Shown one piece after another: positions 37,283 to 51,240 of a stretch of DNA of 64,000 nt. A program made the position numbers and the translations under genes. This stretch comes from Octopus sinensis. Lineage: Eukaryota. The notes beneath the pieces were generated by a model. The model was given only the letters and a program-made list of their open reading frames with translations, searched no databases and had not been told where the DNA came from. The DNA lies in assembly GCF_006345805.1 (NCBI RefSeq), contig NC_042999.1, forward strand, positions 158,720,001 to 158,784,000. Direction: 5' to 3'. Every line of letters begins with the position of its first letter. Position 1 is the stretch's first letter.

Positions 37283-37875
37283 GCTTTCTTGACTTCCTGT
37301 CCATCTCCTTTAGCTCCACCTCTATCCACTTCAGGATTCCAGCGCCATACCGAACTAATGCGACTGCGCGCGAGTTTACAGCCGAAATTATGTTTTTGGT
37401 ATTCAACTTTGATGCCAATATTTTTCTCTTTCGCCGCAGGTACTCTCTTTGTCTTTTCCTTCATTCTATATTGTTTGATTCCATCTGCCCCAAGTATTCC
37501 CATCTATTTATCACTGGATTTGGGTTGAATTACATTCTGTCCTGGCAAGCTTTCCAAGTTTCACCTCCATCGTAGCACATTTCGAGAGCCCAAACTCCAT
37601 TTTAATACCATTGGAGAAAATCTGCACACACTGGACTAGGTGGTTCAGTTCTGACTCATTATTTGCGAGTAGCTTCATGTCGTTCATGAATAGAAATTGG
37701 TTTAGTTTTCTCTTACCTTTTCCCAACTTTGTTTTCTGTAATATTTCACTGAAGGGGAGCACGAATATCAGTGGGGACACACTGTCCCCCTGGAAGATTC
37801 CTCTCTCGATTTTCACCTCTCCTAGTACTTGTTTCCCTGAAGTCAATTCCGTTCTCCAGTATTTCATGCTATTTC
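37283..37875 (-). mobile_element. R4/Dong RT fragment (inverted 5' half of the copy that continues at 37969)
   Basis: RGIFQGDSVSPLIF; FLFMNDMKL; MEFGLSKCA; YLGIL; ends KEMDRKSRKL. Confidence 0.9.
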
Positions 37876-37918
37876 ATATAAGATTATTTATTTATTATTT
37901 TTATTATTGCTGCTGTTA

Positions 37919-37968
<50 letters not shown>

Positions 37969-37969
<1 letters not shown>

Positions 37970-38340
37970 GCTAACGATGCATGGAGCCCATCATCCACGT
38001 GCAGACACTGATTGTCTATACATGAAGAGAGCAAATGGACGAAGGTAACTGATAAGTGTGGAAGACTGCGTGCGTATCGAACTCGAGAGCTTATTGAAAT
38101 ACCTAGCCAAAAGTAAGGAAACCTTGCTAGAAACAATTAGGAACGAGGGAGTGTTGAGAGTATAGAAAAAGGGAAAACAAAGGGAGAAGGGAAGAAGAAT
38201 TACGCTATCAATTACATGTAGACACAACAGAAGTTGCTGGAAAAAAATAGATGGGACTTGCTGATGAAAGGAACCCTATAGAAAGAGACAGAGAACGCTA
38301 TACTGGCAGCGCAGGACCAAGCTTTGGCCATGAACTAGAG
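37969..38340 (+). mobile_element. R4/Dong post-RT fragment
   Basis: LTMHGAHHPRADTDCLYMKRANG..LISVEDCV; KETENAILAAQDQAL. Confidence 0.88.
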
Positions 38341-38489
38341 GGTCAGCCTGAGGAATGAGCAAGTGTCTCATGGTATGAGCACAAACCACAGAGAGTAGCG
38401 GAGTCTAACGGTAGAGTTCTAATACGGTGCCAGCAGTTCACTAGCAGTGAACTAAGGTAACACCCCATATTTTTCGAGGACAATCCGTT

Positions 38490-38945
38490 TTCTGCTGGGT
38501 AGGCTATATCTATGATCCAGCATTATTTGCTTTCTTTCTTAATTAACACTATGTCTGGTTACCTATTCTCTATTTCATGGTCGACTGTATCATAAAATCC
38601 GATAGGATCTTTGCATTCTTTTCGATGATGTTTTCGGGTTTATGTTCGTAGCCCAATTGTTTCCTCTGTCAAGTCCATATTTGTTGCAAAGTGTTCATTG
38701 GACAATCCTTGCTATGTTTTCATGACGTCTGATATTCTTTCTGGGCTAGTGGCGTACACTGGGTGGTAATATGTCATACGGTTTCACCATTTTAGCCACA
38801 AATTCTGCACTTAGCACTTTATAATGTGTTGTCTATTTTGTATTTCATGTAATTGGTTCTTAATGCTTGCTCTTGGGCAGCATATATTAGAGCCATCGTT
38901 TCCGTTTTAAAATCACTTTTAAACATCCATAGCCATTTTTCTCTC
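38490..38945 (-). mobile_element. R4/Dong zinc-finger region relic
   Basis: WLWMFKSDFKTETMALIYAAQEQALRTNY; KCRICG..GETV.HIT..C; LCNKYGL. Confidence 0.8.
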
Positions 38946-41900
38946 TCTGTCTTATCTTCAAAATCGCTATAAAATTGACCTTACCGTTTTCGTACTAGGG
39001 TCGATAAAATGTACTGGCCCTCTCCCACTAAATTTCAGGCCTTGTGCCTAGAACAGAAAGAATTATCATTATTATTAGATATCACCGTGCTAAATGTGTT
39101 ACCTATCTTCCGTTATATATTTTTATTTATTTATTTTATTCTGTATAGTGTATTACTGTTATAATATGGAAAATTACTGAAACTGAATTGTTATATAAGG
39201 TTCCATATTAAGAAGAAATGAGATTCGTTATTAGTTTTCTTTTCCTGCATTCTCTATTTTTATAATAGCTACAGTGTTACAAGGAGATAATTCCAACAAT
39301 GTTAGTAGTGAAGGACCGGTTCAAAAGAAACATAAATAAAAAGTATATATACATATATGTAAACGTATGTATATCCGTATGAATAACAATGTTAATGAAA
39401 CAAACGGCATTAATATTTGAAACAAAATAAACACAGAACTGTGTCAATATCGAATATAAAGTATCATTATCGACGGGTGGGAAAATTGCTGGGAAAAACA
39501 TCAGGGTCAACGGTTTTTGTCTCAACTACATAACAAAACAGAAAGTAAGGAATCCAATAAGATAACAGCAAAGGACAAACAGCAGGGGCAATACTCTCCC
39601 GGATGGATGTCGACATTAAAATGAATGACAATATATATGTAAGATGTGTACTGGTATACAAACAGAGAAATAGAAATACAATGCCGAAAGACAATTATGT
39701 GAGATAGAAAATAAGCTATGAAATATTTATGCCTATTTCTTGTGAAAGGAGTCGTCATGAAACTCGCTTCAAAAATATCTTAACAGCAGGTTGCACATAA
39801 AACGTGAATGGAGGACGCTCTTTCGATTAGTTGTTAAGTTCTTATCTAAAATGCAATTAATGCTTCACACTTGGTGTACCCCTAGAGAGACAAAAACAAA
39901 ATAAATAAATAAATTGCGAATGTAACAACTAATATTATACCGGAAGATGTAGATCTCTGGTTGCTTTTTATACTTCATCAAAGATTCAGGCGATTTGGTC
40001 GCAGAGGGAGCTGAAAACTATTAGGGGATTTCAATATCAAAACAATCTATGGAGGGAATACCAAAACATACCCGAAGCCTAAACACATTAACTACACACA
40101 AGTATCAACATACGCGATGAAATGAACAAGATGCATCTAGGATACAACTTCCATGTTACGGAGGGAAAGATCTACAGAATATCAAAATGTAACAGCACAA
40201 CCAAAAATCTAGAAAATATAGAAATTCCCCACGTGAAAACAACGCAAACAGAGCGAATATAGATTTTCATCCCCTCATACAAACTTTCAGAGTTGTAAAT
40301 ATAAATAATAAATTAAAAAAAGCGACGTGAAGCAACTGGATAATTTGACAAACGATTAATAGACTTAGAAAATGTGTTTGTGGAAATGAAAGGGAGAAAC
40401 TCGTTCACATCACGAGTATAGATTGCTGATAAAGATTAGGTAAAATGATTATTTAAAGAGATAACTTTAACTCTGCATACGAGGCGAAAGTGTTGAAAGA
40501 TAATTTCTAGATCTATAAAGAAATCTCTTCCCACTCTCTTATATGTGTCTCTACACACTGATCATGATTGTTTTGAGGATTAGCTTCTAAATGTGGATGC
40601 TGGGTTGTTGAATCTCTTGCAAATGTTTACTGAAACTTTTCAGTTCTATTAGGGTTTCTAACATATTCTAACCCACTCCCAACATTTGGCAAACTAAGAT
40701 GTTTAATTTGTCATTCAATAAAACTGCTGCAAATAGTGAGATAAATTACTTTTTGATGGTTTTTGACGTAACTAACCGAGATCTTGAAGTAATATCTACG
40801 TTGTATGATAAGATTGTGAGGATGGTGGACATGTGAGGAGAATGCAACAATCTCCTAAACATATCAGATTAGATCCAAGTGTCGAAAAGATGTCGAACGT
40901 ATTTTCTGAATGTGTCAATACACATATCACAGCTGTACATCCTGGTCTCATTTTATAAAATTTCGTTATCATCTAATTAAAAACAAAAATGGTGGCGACT
41001 GGTAGAATCGTTAGCAAAGCAGAAAAACATACTTAGAAGCCATTAGTCTGTCTTTAAGTAATGAGTTCAAATTCCGTCGACTTCAACTGCATTTTCTTTC
41101 TTTCGCGGTCATTGAAATACGTACCAATAGAGCACTGGGGTCGATGTATTTGACCAGATCTCTCCACTATACTTGTAGCAGAAAGGTTTATCATCTAATT
41201 AGAACGGAGAAAGAATTCTTATATATCTGTTTATCTATATTGTCAAAATTGTAGGTGCTTTCTGATAAGCTTAGAATGAGCGCAGTAAAATATTTAAACA
41301 AATATTTTGAATATGTCTTTGAAATGCAATTCTTATTCTTTAATTTGAATACTTCAACTCGGATTTCACCCGTCTTGAAACAGACTTGTTATTCACTACG
41401 ATGTCGTGTTTTTGTCATTATCTTTAAAAACAGTCACTTCTGCTGTCTGTCTGTCTGTCTGTCCATCTCCCTCTCTCACTCTCCACATCTTTCTCCTTCT
41501 CTCTCAAAACAAAACATACCATAAGCATTTCATGTTAAAATTATTGTATTTTTTCTATTGTTTGATTTGCTAACAAAGCGAGAAAATGAAAGCAATCGTG
41601 GCGTAATTATAAGAAAAATGAAACTTCACTTAAAATACCAAAACGAACGCAAATTTTTTAAAATACTTTTATAACTTCAGGGAGAAAATCACTTTCATTC
41701 TAAAAGTAGATGCATTACGACGAGTTAAAAAAAAGCATTTAGGTAGCTAAGCTTATTTTATGATGTAATATTGTGAAAGTGCTAGCAATGGATTCATTTC
41801 AAAAGCAAGCCAGATGTATTTAATTAGAAAGATAAAATGTAGTGATGGAATAATCATTAGAAATTTCAAAAATATTCAAAGAGTAAACAATATGTTGTTT

Positions 41901-42934
41901 TAATTACGCCACCATTCCGAACTAATCAAACCCGCATATAACATTTTTTCGAATATCTCTTCGGATTCTTGTTTTGAACGTTCATGATTGTCACTATTTT
42001 GTATTACTCGTATTATATAAATCTTGGGAATACATAATTACATTAGATCAGGTGTTGTTTTAATTAGGAGGGTATGCTTATAAGAAGATTTGGCTGCAAT
42101 TTACAGAAGATTGATAAACTGCACTGAGGTTTCATCTGGAGGTAAAATGATTGAAAGTAGCTTTATACATGATTTGTCCTAGATGACTTGAATAAAGTAT
42201 TTATCAAAAATGTGCAGAGGCGAATGAAAGATTACATTGGTTGTAGAAAAGTGTCTGTGACTCTATGATTCTGGAAGGCTTAATACAGTGGTGTATATCA
42301 AACAGGTTCAAGCAATCTGCGCACGTCTCAATAAATAAGCCATAGAAAAAGAGCATCATGGAAGCTGCCACTTCAAAATATTATGTCTCAGAAACTCCGG
42401 TAAATAGTATAGTACAACTAATTCTAGAAAATACATACAAACATACAGATTATAAGCTCTGGTTTATACCTGTAATTATTGGGCACTGTGATATGTAACA
42501 CTGCCTGAATAATAATCTTGATAAGTTAGACTTCTCAAAACCAGAAAAGAGAAAGCTGATTCGCAGACTACAAATCCAAGTCATAAGTAGAACTGTAGAA
42601 ACCTATAAAACTTTCCGGAAGTTTATCATTTAAGTATATGTAAGCATGCGCAGACATGCAACAAGATGTATGAGAATACATACATAAAACAAAATATTCC
42701 AATCTGCACATATACATACATACAAAAATATCCTGTTGATGTTGAAATTCCAACCAAGGCACCTTGGATCTAGGCTAGAAACTGGCTTTTTCTCAATTGG
42801 CAAGGAATCTTGAAATAAAACTAAACATTGACATACACACATACATAATACATACATACATACACATACATACATACATGCATACATACATACATACATA
42901 CATATGTACATATACACATAAATGTATACATACA

Positions 42935-43120
42935 TACACGCCGTGATAGATCGTTAGCTACTACACGCATTTTTTTCTCTCCTTGTTTCTCTTCTTGTTC
43001 TTTTCTATGTATCTTTCTGTCGAAGAGCGTAGGTTCGAAACGTAAAAGACTTTTTCTATTCCTGAGCGCTATGCTAATACATTTGTTTGTTTGTACTCCA
43101 CCTGCCTTCGTCTTTTGTTT
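42935..43120 (+). mobile_element. Short dispersed repeat with hammerhead-like motif (copy 2)
   Basis: TCTTT-CTGTCGAA-GAGC-GTAG-GTTC-GAAA-CG-TA-AAAGA at 43012-43049; downstream matches 3760-3856; flanked by (CATA)n/(TA)n. Confidence 0.75.
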
Positions 43121-43255
43121 ATTTTCGTAAACTTTCCCTTTATATATACACATACATATATACATACACACTACATACATACATACATACATACATACAT
43201 ACATACATACATACATACATACATGCATACATACATACATACATGCATACATACA

Positions 43256-45241
43256 ATCCTTGCCACAGTGCCAACTGCTACAGTGAATCCCATTGAAAAA
43301 CTGACTGAAACATGGTCCACACATTTATCACTGACAACTACTAAAGCAGCAAACAGAATTAAGCTATCACCAGGAATATCCCAGGGCGGTAGTTTATCTG
43401 TACCGCTGCTTTCACTGCAGTGAATCCCTTGTCGGCGTAACTAACAAAATGCCAAAGCTACATGCTCGGATATGCAGAATAGAATAAATGTAATGCATCC
43501 AACACATTTTTTGTTGATGATCAAAATTTATATTCCGGTAATGTGACCAACATCAGGAGACAATTAGAACTAGTCACAAGGTTCTCATGAAATACAGGAA
43601 GGGAGTTTGGGTGATACGTGATAGTCAACTGACGTAATAGTCAACTACTCATACGTGATAGTCAACTGGGGAAAGACTCTTGACCAGCCAGAGAACATAC
43701 ACATCCCTTATCTCTAATGATGAAAGCTACAATTACCTTGGAATAAGAATGTTGCTTGCATCGTTGCTGTGGCTAAAGCCAGAGTAACAAAAGTGTACTG
43801 CTGCAGACTCCGGAAAATATAGAACTCAAAGCTATCTGCATTTAACAAAACCATATCTCACAATATTTTAGCAATCCCAGTACTAGTACCAACATTTGGA
43901 ATATTGGACTGGACACTCGATGAGATACGCAGCCTGAAGATCAAAAACCAGTAAAGTACTGACCACTACTGGCAACTTTCACATACACAGTGATACCGAT
44001 ACGATTAATGTGAGGCGAAGTGATGGATGTAGAGGCATGGGATCAGTTTTTTCGATGTCGCATTCTATCACCCAGACAAAGCATGCTAAACAGTAAAGGA
44101 AGAAATGAGTACATTCCACACACACTCAAAATTCAGAGTAACAGCATCTTCATGTTTCGAGAAGAATTACTGTGCTGATACTCTGAAGATACAACTGTTT
44201 CATGCAACCTAAAGTAAGCTGGACTGACCTACCTAAACAAAACCTTGGAGGAGAAGCAGACAGGTATCATACCAAGAAAACACAATGCATATCCTGTGAG
44301 CGAGAGGACAACTGCAGCATTGACAAGAAGAGTAGCCTTTCCTGGACCTGCGATGGATACATTACATCCCACCTAGAAGTATATGCATTCTCTACCAAGA
44401 AACAGAAGATAGCTACTAAATACTTGATAAACAAGCGGTACAAAGATACAACCAAACCTCTACATCGTGAAAAAAATATCGGCTCAACTGCACCAGTGAG
44501 GAAGATATCAGCTACGCCATCAGCGGCTACTCAAAAGTATCTACAAGACACTACCTGCGCCTAGGGCATGATATAATTGCAAAGACTATGTACAATGCTA
44601 TCCATAGGAAGGACTGCACTGATGTATACATCAAAGGCATGTCAAAACCAGCAGGTGTTCAAACCTTTAAAAGCATTCTAATAAACACTCCAATAAAAAC
44701 ATGGACCACTCTAATAAAAACATCAATTCGATGCTAACATAACAGACCTGATATTGTTTTGTGGAACGAGGAAGAAAATAATGCACTGTTGTAGAGGTCA
44801 GCTGCCCAGCGGATGTGAATATATAATAAAAAAATCCAAGAAAAAGAGAAAACTTATGGCGAATTTATGGGGAACTTACATGTCTTGTACTCTGACTATC
44901 AAGTTTCATTTGTACCTATCATCATAGGTGCATTAGATTATGCACCAACACATTTGAACAAAATCCTTGCAGTTCTTGGTTTTACTAAAAAAGAGAAAAA
45001 GAAATTGACGCGGATACTCCAAATACAATCTATTAATGACAGAAATTCTCAATATGAGATTCATTAGATCAACAGATGCACACACTATGGTGTGTGTATC
45101 GCCAGTTCAACCAACACACCAACACAATCACATATTTACAAGCACTGGGAACTTTCTTCTTGACTTAATAAGTCTTGTTGCTTTGTTAGCGAGCGGTTTG
45201 AACTGCCTTAAGAATAACTTATATAAAACTCAAAGAAAAAT
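43256..45241 (+). mobile_element. Degraded R4/Dong-like LINE (RT to 3' UTR) flanked by CATA repeats
   Basis: GISQGGSLSVPLL; FFVDD; YNYLG; SKLSAFNKTISHN..AIPVLVPTFGILDWT; FHIHSDTD; RPDIV; VEVSCPAD; FVPIIIGAL; 5' flank (CATA)n, 3' flank CATACATAC. Confidence 0.85.
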
Positions 45242-45304
45242 CATACATACGTATGGCTGTGTGTGCGTGTGTGATGTGTGGTTTGTAAATGTGTGTCTAT
45301 ATAT

Positions 45305-45423
<119 letters not shown>

Positions 45424-47507
45424 TGTGTAAATACGTCTAAGATTATTACATTTTGAAAGGAAGTGTTAGTCTGTGAAGTTAAACAGCGGAAATCGGTCGG
45501 TAAATGATGCTCTGATAGTTTTGGATAACGATAATGTAGAAAGTCCACAATTTCCGTTAGCAGCTATTCAGGAACAAGTTAATGATTTGTACTTTCAACT
45601 TACGTAGGCCTTCTAGATAAAGTCCTGCTTAGCAAAAGCATACCATGTCGATGCCGAGTTAGAAAGCAAAAAGTAACTGGATTAATAAGCGATTTAAGCC
45701 ACAATTAATGGAGTAATACAAATGATAAATTATGTGAAGGGAATTATAAATTATAAATTCCTATAGAATCGTTACGATTCATTATGATTTGGCAACGGAA
45801 AATATTAAAGAAGGAGTTAGTTGAGCTACAAAATTCGGTTTCTCGGGAAGCAAAAATAGACCGGTGTTAAGATAGCCATCTAAGCTTTCTTTGACCCTAA
45901 ACTTTAAAGCTTTATTATATAGGCTATGGCACATGCACAAAGAAACGAAAACATTGGAGAAAATGAATATAAGAGATGCAACATCTGGAAACTAAACCAC
46001 GTTAATGTTTCCAAGGTTTAATATGGATATAGGGCGTCTGATGTGAAGTGTATGTCGACAGCTTTACAATAGCATAATGCCCTTTTTTTCTTTTCATCAA
46101 CGAAACTTGAGATTTAATTCCATATCTGAGGAAAAGTAGTGCGAAAATCGAGTAGCCGCATCTGAAACGCGTTTGATTCTTATCTATCTAAAGCCTCTGT
46201 TAACTACCCTGTGGCTCGTTCCCATTTTCAAAAGTTAGTTATATAATAGATAACCTTGCTGCGTAACCGTCAGTTATATGTTGAATGCATCCCCTCCCAC
46301 TGCTTTTGTAAATTATATCTCTTTATTCCTTATTATGGAATGTGTGTGCTAAGAAGGAAATCAATATGAACTGAGAAGCAGAACGGTATTACTCGCCATA
46401 GGAAATCTAAGGAGTTACCGTGATCTGAATTAAATTGGAAGGATGCAATTTGGGGTACCATATGGACAGATAAAGTAGAAAATTTGGTCAATCAGTGTGT
46501 ATTGATATTGATAAATACCTGCCAGTAGACCAAGCGTTGAGTTTAACCTATTTGTGGCTTGATCATTTTTAGGCCTTCGTGTGAACTGGGTTTAAGTGGT
46601 AACGACGAATGATCTGAGATAAAGCTACCTTTCAAATTTCGTGCGCTGTCGGCAACTGGCAGCATCGATTAAGTAATACCATACAGTTTTAATGTGATGC
46701 GCCCCTCACGTTCATATCTAAATATTTGTTTTCTTTTTTTGTTCATAGTAGGGACACGATCTTTAAATCAATATATCCCTTCTTTATCAACAGCATTGGT
46801 GAGCCACAAGATTCCAAGTTTAGTAAATGACAAATCTGCAGTGACTCCGAATTTTCTGTTGTGGTTTTTAGCACTTCCATTAATAATAATAATAAAAAGT
46901 ATTAGCAATTTATTGGCTTGGAGACATTTAACTTCCATTGTGAAGTGACAAATTTTTGACTGTCAACACAGTGATCAATTTAATAGTTTTTGTTTAAAAG
47001 AGAGAAAGAAATACGTGATTAATTGCCCTTCTACATGGGAAAGATAAATAACATTTAAGCTCACCTTCCCATCATTGAGATAATACCAATAAATTAAAGA
47101 GCAAATTAGACCAATGTTAGAGAAAATGAACAATTATAACAAGTCAAACAAGAACTGTTTTAAGAAACTTCATTCCGTTTTAAATCAAAGCACCTTCATC
47201 GCCACGGCAATGAAGACACTGATGAAGACTATGATAATTACAATGATGATTATACTATATGATAATAGTATTATTGATTGCGATAAATTATTTATCCCAT
47301 TAACACAACTTCAGGAATTTACTGGAGTGGGACAGTAAACACGTATTTGACACGTTAAGACAAGATTGATACTTATTTTATTGAACCTACACTAAGACTT
47401 TGGATGCAGATAACAATGTAAAACCGCTCCTGCTGTTGGAGCTGCTGTTGCTAATACTAATGTTACTACTGCAGGTACTACTACTACTACTACTACTACT
47501 ATTGATG

Positions 47508-47646
<139 letters not shown>

Positions 47647-47647
47647 A

Positions 47648-50600
47648 AAACCGTATGAAGCCATGAAGATGATGAATACTTTTGAAACAACTAATGATGC
47701 AAAAGGGTTGGAACCACCGACGGTGAAGGTATAGAGGCATGGAGAGGCTGGACAGGCTCCTGCAGATCGACATCAAACAAATCACTAGAATGAATAAAAG
47801 AGAAAATGCAAAAAGGAGATTAATAAAATTTCTCTTGAGAGTTTTATAAGAAGTGAACGACCTAGAAGAGTTTACAGACTAAGGATGAAACAAATATGAG
47901 AGGATAAAGTCTTTTTGAGGTCATTGAACAAAGGTTAGCCGAGCAGGTTATAGCAATTAGAACTAATAAATGGCTAACTGAAATTAGAATTGAAAAGATC
48001 AGAAAAAAATCGGAAATAGACGAGGGGAGAAAGAAGTATAAGGAGTGGCTGATGGAGTCACAACATTCAAGAAAGTAATCACAGAATTAGAATGAACTCA
48101 AACGATAGATGAAAACAATAATTGGGAATGTACAATTAGCGAGGTTAGATGAAGAAAAATACACTCTTGACAACAGTTCTAAAAACATAATGTAAAATGA
48201 TCCTGAATATATCGCAGCGGACTTAGAATTTTATATATAGGAATAATTTTTTTACGTGAATTACAAAACGAAAATGACATATTATATATGGTTCCAACGA
48301 ATGATAAATCCCAAGCAAATATTTTCTTATAAAACTTTAGCAAATGTGGTAGTGGAAGCAGTAGAATGTAAAAGTGGGAATAACGGAAATAACATGGAAA
48401 CGCAACGAAGAAAGAGAATTCGTTGTAAGTTGAACAAAGTCTGGATTTGGAGAAAATCAGCAGATTGAAAATCAAAGAGTTACATGATGAAATATTTAGA
48501 AAAAGGATTGGTCAGAGATTACAAAATTGCACGAAATATGTCCGAGCAGTCAAGACAAAATGTAATAACAGTTAATGCAGAATTAGAAAGGTACAGTGCT
48601 GGACATGAACAGAACAAACAGAATAGATTGTTCCATTCACATCAGAAAAAGTTGTTTGATGAATTAGGAGATAAAATACATGAAGTAGTTATTCCGGATG
48701 CTGAAAAGAATAAAGGTATTTTTAGTAGAATTCGGAGACAACTAATCGAATATAACAACAAAACAGAATAGTTAAGAAACTAGGAGGCAGAATGAGAAAG
48801 CATAGAGAAACAGAGAAATATAATTATTGAAACAATAAATGAGAAGCAGCTAAAAAATGCTAAATTGAAAGGGGCCTGAATCAGATGGTTTTCAAGGGGT
48901 TTGGCTGAAAGATTTTTTGTCTCTGTACAATAGAATCTTAAATCTGACAAACTTTATATTAGAACAAGAAATTGTGTCCTACCTTGGATGACTACTGGAT
49001 TGAATGTGCTGTGGGTTAAGGATATTGACAAGGGAAACATAGTTCTTAATTTTAGGCCGATAGTTTTTTTTCTCGTTTTAATGCAGAAGCTCTCTGTGGG
49101 TATATTAGCAGAAGGCCTAGATGGTTATCTTGAGAAGAAAGGCATTTTGCCGATGGATCAGAAAGGGAGGCCCAAAGATCAACTGTTGATTGAAAAAAGG
49201 GTAATAAAGAACTGTAGAAGAAGAAATTTGAGAATTACCTGGATAGATTACAAAAAGGATTACGATTTGTACCGCATTGACGGGGCAGAAAAAATATAGA
49301 AATCTATGGTGTGATAGATAAGGTCAAGCCATTAGTCTGTAGCGTAATGAAACAACGGAACACCAAACTAGAAGCTGGCACACAGTTATTTGTATAAATT
49401 AACAAAAAGTGAGTAGGGGAGACCGGGTCTAGTTGTTACATTTTTTCATTTATTTTGCCTTGGCACCCACATAAATGAACACAGCTGAAGTTTCTTTTCA
49501 GATTTAATTAGTAAAACATCTCTATTTATTGTTATCACCATCAAAAAACAGAAATTACATAACATTAATTAGACATGTTCTAATTAATGAGGTGGTGTCA
49601 GCTGTAACAATTTTTCCCAAGTACAGGGTACGTTGTGACACTTACCGGGGTACTTTGTTACAACTGTCACTAACTCGGAATTATGTTAACAAACAACTCT
49701 AAAATGAATACGTCTCCTGCTTCTTGCATCTAGGAAGTATTATTTTAATTAATTAACTATGCTTTGAACCACGTCATTTCCTAACTGTGATACTTAGAGT
49801 CCTCATCAGCCAATTTCTCCATTGTTACATGTACCATCTAGTCGGAAGCGTCCTCCTTTAACTTCTCACCACAATGATCACACAGAAAGTCCTGTCGTCA
49901 TCGGCACAGTCAGTGTGTGCCCAGTCTTTACAGATCATGCACTGCACCCATTCTTCACCTGGAAGGGAGTTCGAATACCAATCTGAGCAGAGAAGGCATT
50001 TCCAATCGGCGACTTGCTTTGTGAGGCTTCTTCCCTTTGCCTTTACCTGTTTTAGTTTATTTTCCCTTCCCCTTTGTTGCCTTTTCTGTACTATGCACTG
50101 TTTTACGGGGGTTAGGGTTAGAATGGCCGTTTGGCACCTCTTGCGACTTCCACGACCTCGACCTGTCTTACTAGGGGAAGCCTTTCTTAATGGGCGCAAC
50201 ATCTCTGGGCTTGTAACAACACCAGCAGGAAAACTTGGGTCTGGTGTAGGTTGGTCTGTCGGATCGTCTTGCCGTTTATTGACCTGATCGCCTGGTTGAA
50301 CGTCTGACTGGTCGTCTGGCTGCAAGTCAGGCTGGTTATCTGGCTGCATGCCAAACGACCCGTCAGGACAGTTGTCTGGCTGCAATTCAGACTGGACTTC
50401 AGCTTGTTTCGGAGCAGGATGGTCCGTGACGTATCGGCTGACGTTCTGTTAGCATCTTGAAAGGTTAGTGTAAGGGATACCGGTAACTTCATATCTAATG
50501 AGCATGAAACCTACCAAATCTTTGGCAACATCCCGTAATGATTTCTTTTCATCCACAACCTTTCTGGCGGCTCTTTCCATGTAGTCTTCCATTTGTAATT

Positions 50601-51240
50601 TCTAGGCATGGCGTGTTAAACTGAAATACAAGGGGTAAGTTGTTACATGGATTTCTGGGGTTACCTCGTAGACAGCACTAGCAATGCACGGCATCCAGGA
50701 CACAGCTTCATGTATTCAAGGCAACTTCCAGCACTTCCTAATGAGCCACAAACTACTTCAGTAACACCACTTGTGCTTTAGATGTTAAGGAAATAACTTT
50801 GTGGCAACATTTCACTTTTGGAGTAAAAAATCGGTCTTTTTTAGCCATACCTTTCCTGGTGACAGCCCGCCAGTGCAATACACATGTGCAGTCATCATGC
50901 TATGGAGTTGGCCTTCACTAGGTAGAGACCCCAGTGCCACCTATTTTTTTAAGTTGGAAACAATGGGCTTGTAACAACTTACCCGTGTAACAACTAGGCC
51001 CACTCTCCCCTAATATTTTAGGGAGAAACTGTTTAACCACTTTCATTCGTTATAGCTGTCATATCAGTTGCTAACATACTATGGAATGTAAAGGGAGTGT
51101 GAAATAAAAACCAGTTGTGGTACGAAATCATATGGATGCGGAAAAAGAGGGTAACCATCATAGAAGTAACTGTAGTAGTATTAGTGACAATATTGCAAAA
51201 TGCATAGAGAATATTGTAGTTATCAGATCTATGGGAAAGA
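47648..51240 (+). mobile_element. Degraded R4/Dong LINE retaining its N-terminal region, split by a DNA transposon at 49414
   Basis: GQAPADRHQ...FIRSERPRRVYRLRMKQI...EQRLAEQVIAIRTNKWLTE; NFRPI...DQLLIEK..KNCRRRNLRITWIDYKKDYD; resumes at 51013 as IF*GETV*PLSFVIAVI (GIFQGDSLSPL motif). Confidence 0.85.
49416..51010 (-). mobile_element. Internally deleted pogo-like (Tc1/mariner superfamily) DNA transposon with C-terminal PHD-like finger
   Basis: 25-bp TIRs GGGGAGACCGGGTCTAGTTGTTACA / TGTAACAACTAGGCCCACTCTCCCC (22/25 match), TA TSD at 49414-15 and 51011-12; HTH start MPRNYK...ERAARKVVDEKKSLRDVAK; C-terminus CLLCSDWY...EEWVQCMICKDWAHTDC; no DDE segment seen. Confidence 0.88.

Noticed and set aside
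38255-38295. CTGATGA...GAAA motif
   Set aside because: Lies in an R4 coding relic, with no stems I or III; chance match. The same applies to hits near 1823, 14080, 20143, 47219, 49805, 60892 and 61262.
39437-39545. 108-nt stop-free segment between CAG and GTAAG
   Set aside because: No polypyrimidine tract; peptide unrecognisable.
46794-46798. Possible 5-nt microexon (TTTATCAACAG-CATTG-GTGAGC)
   Set aside because: Too short to distinguish from chance without transcript data.
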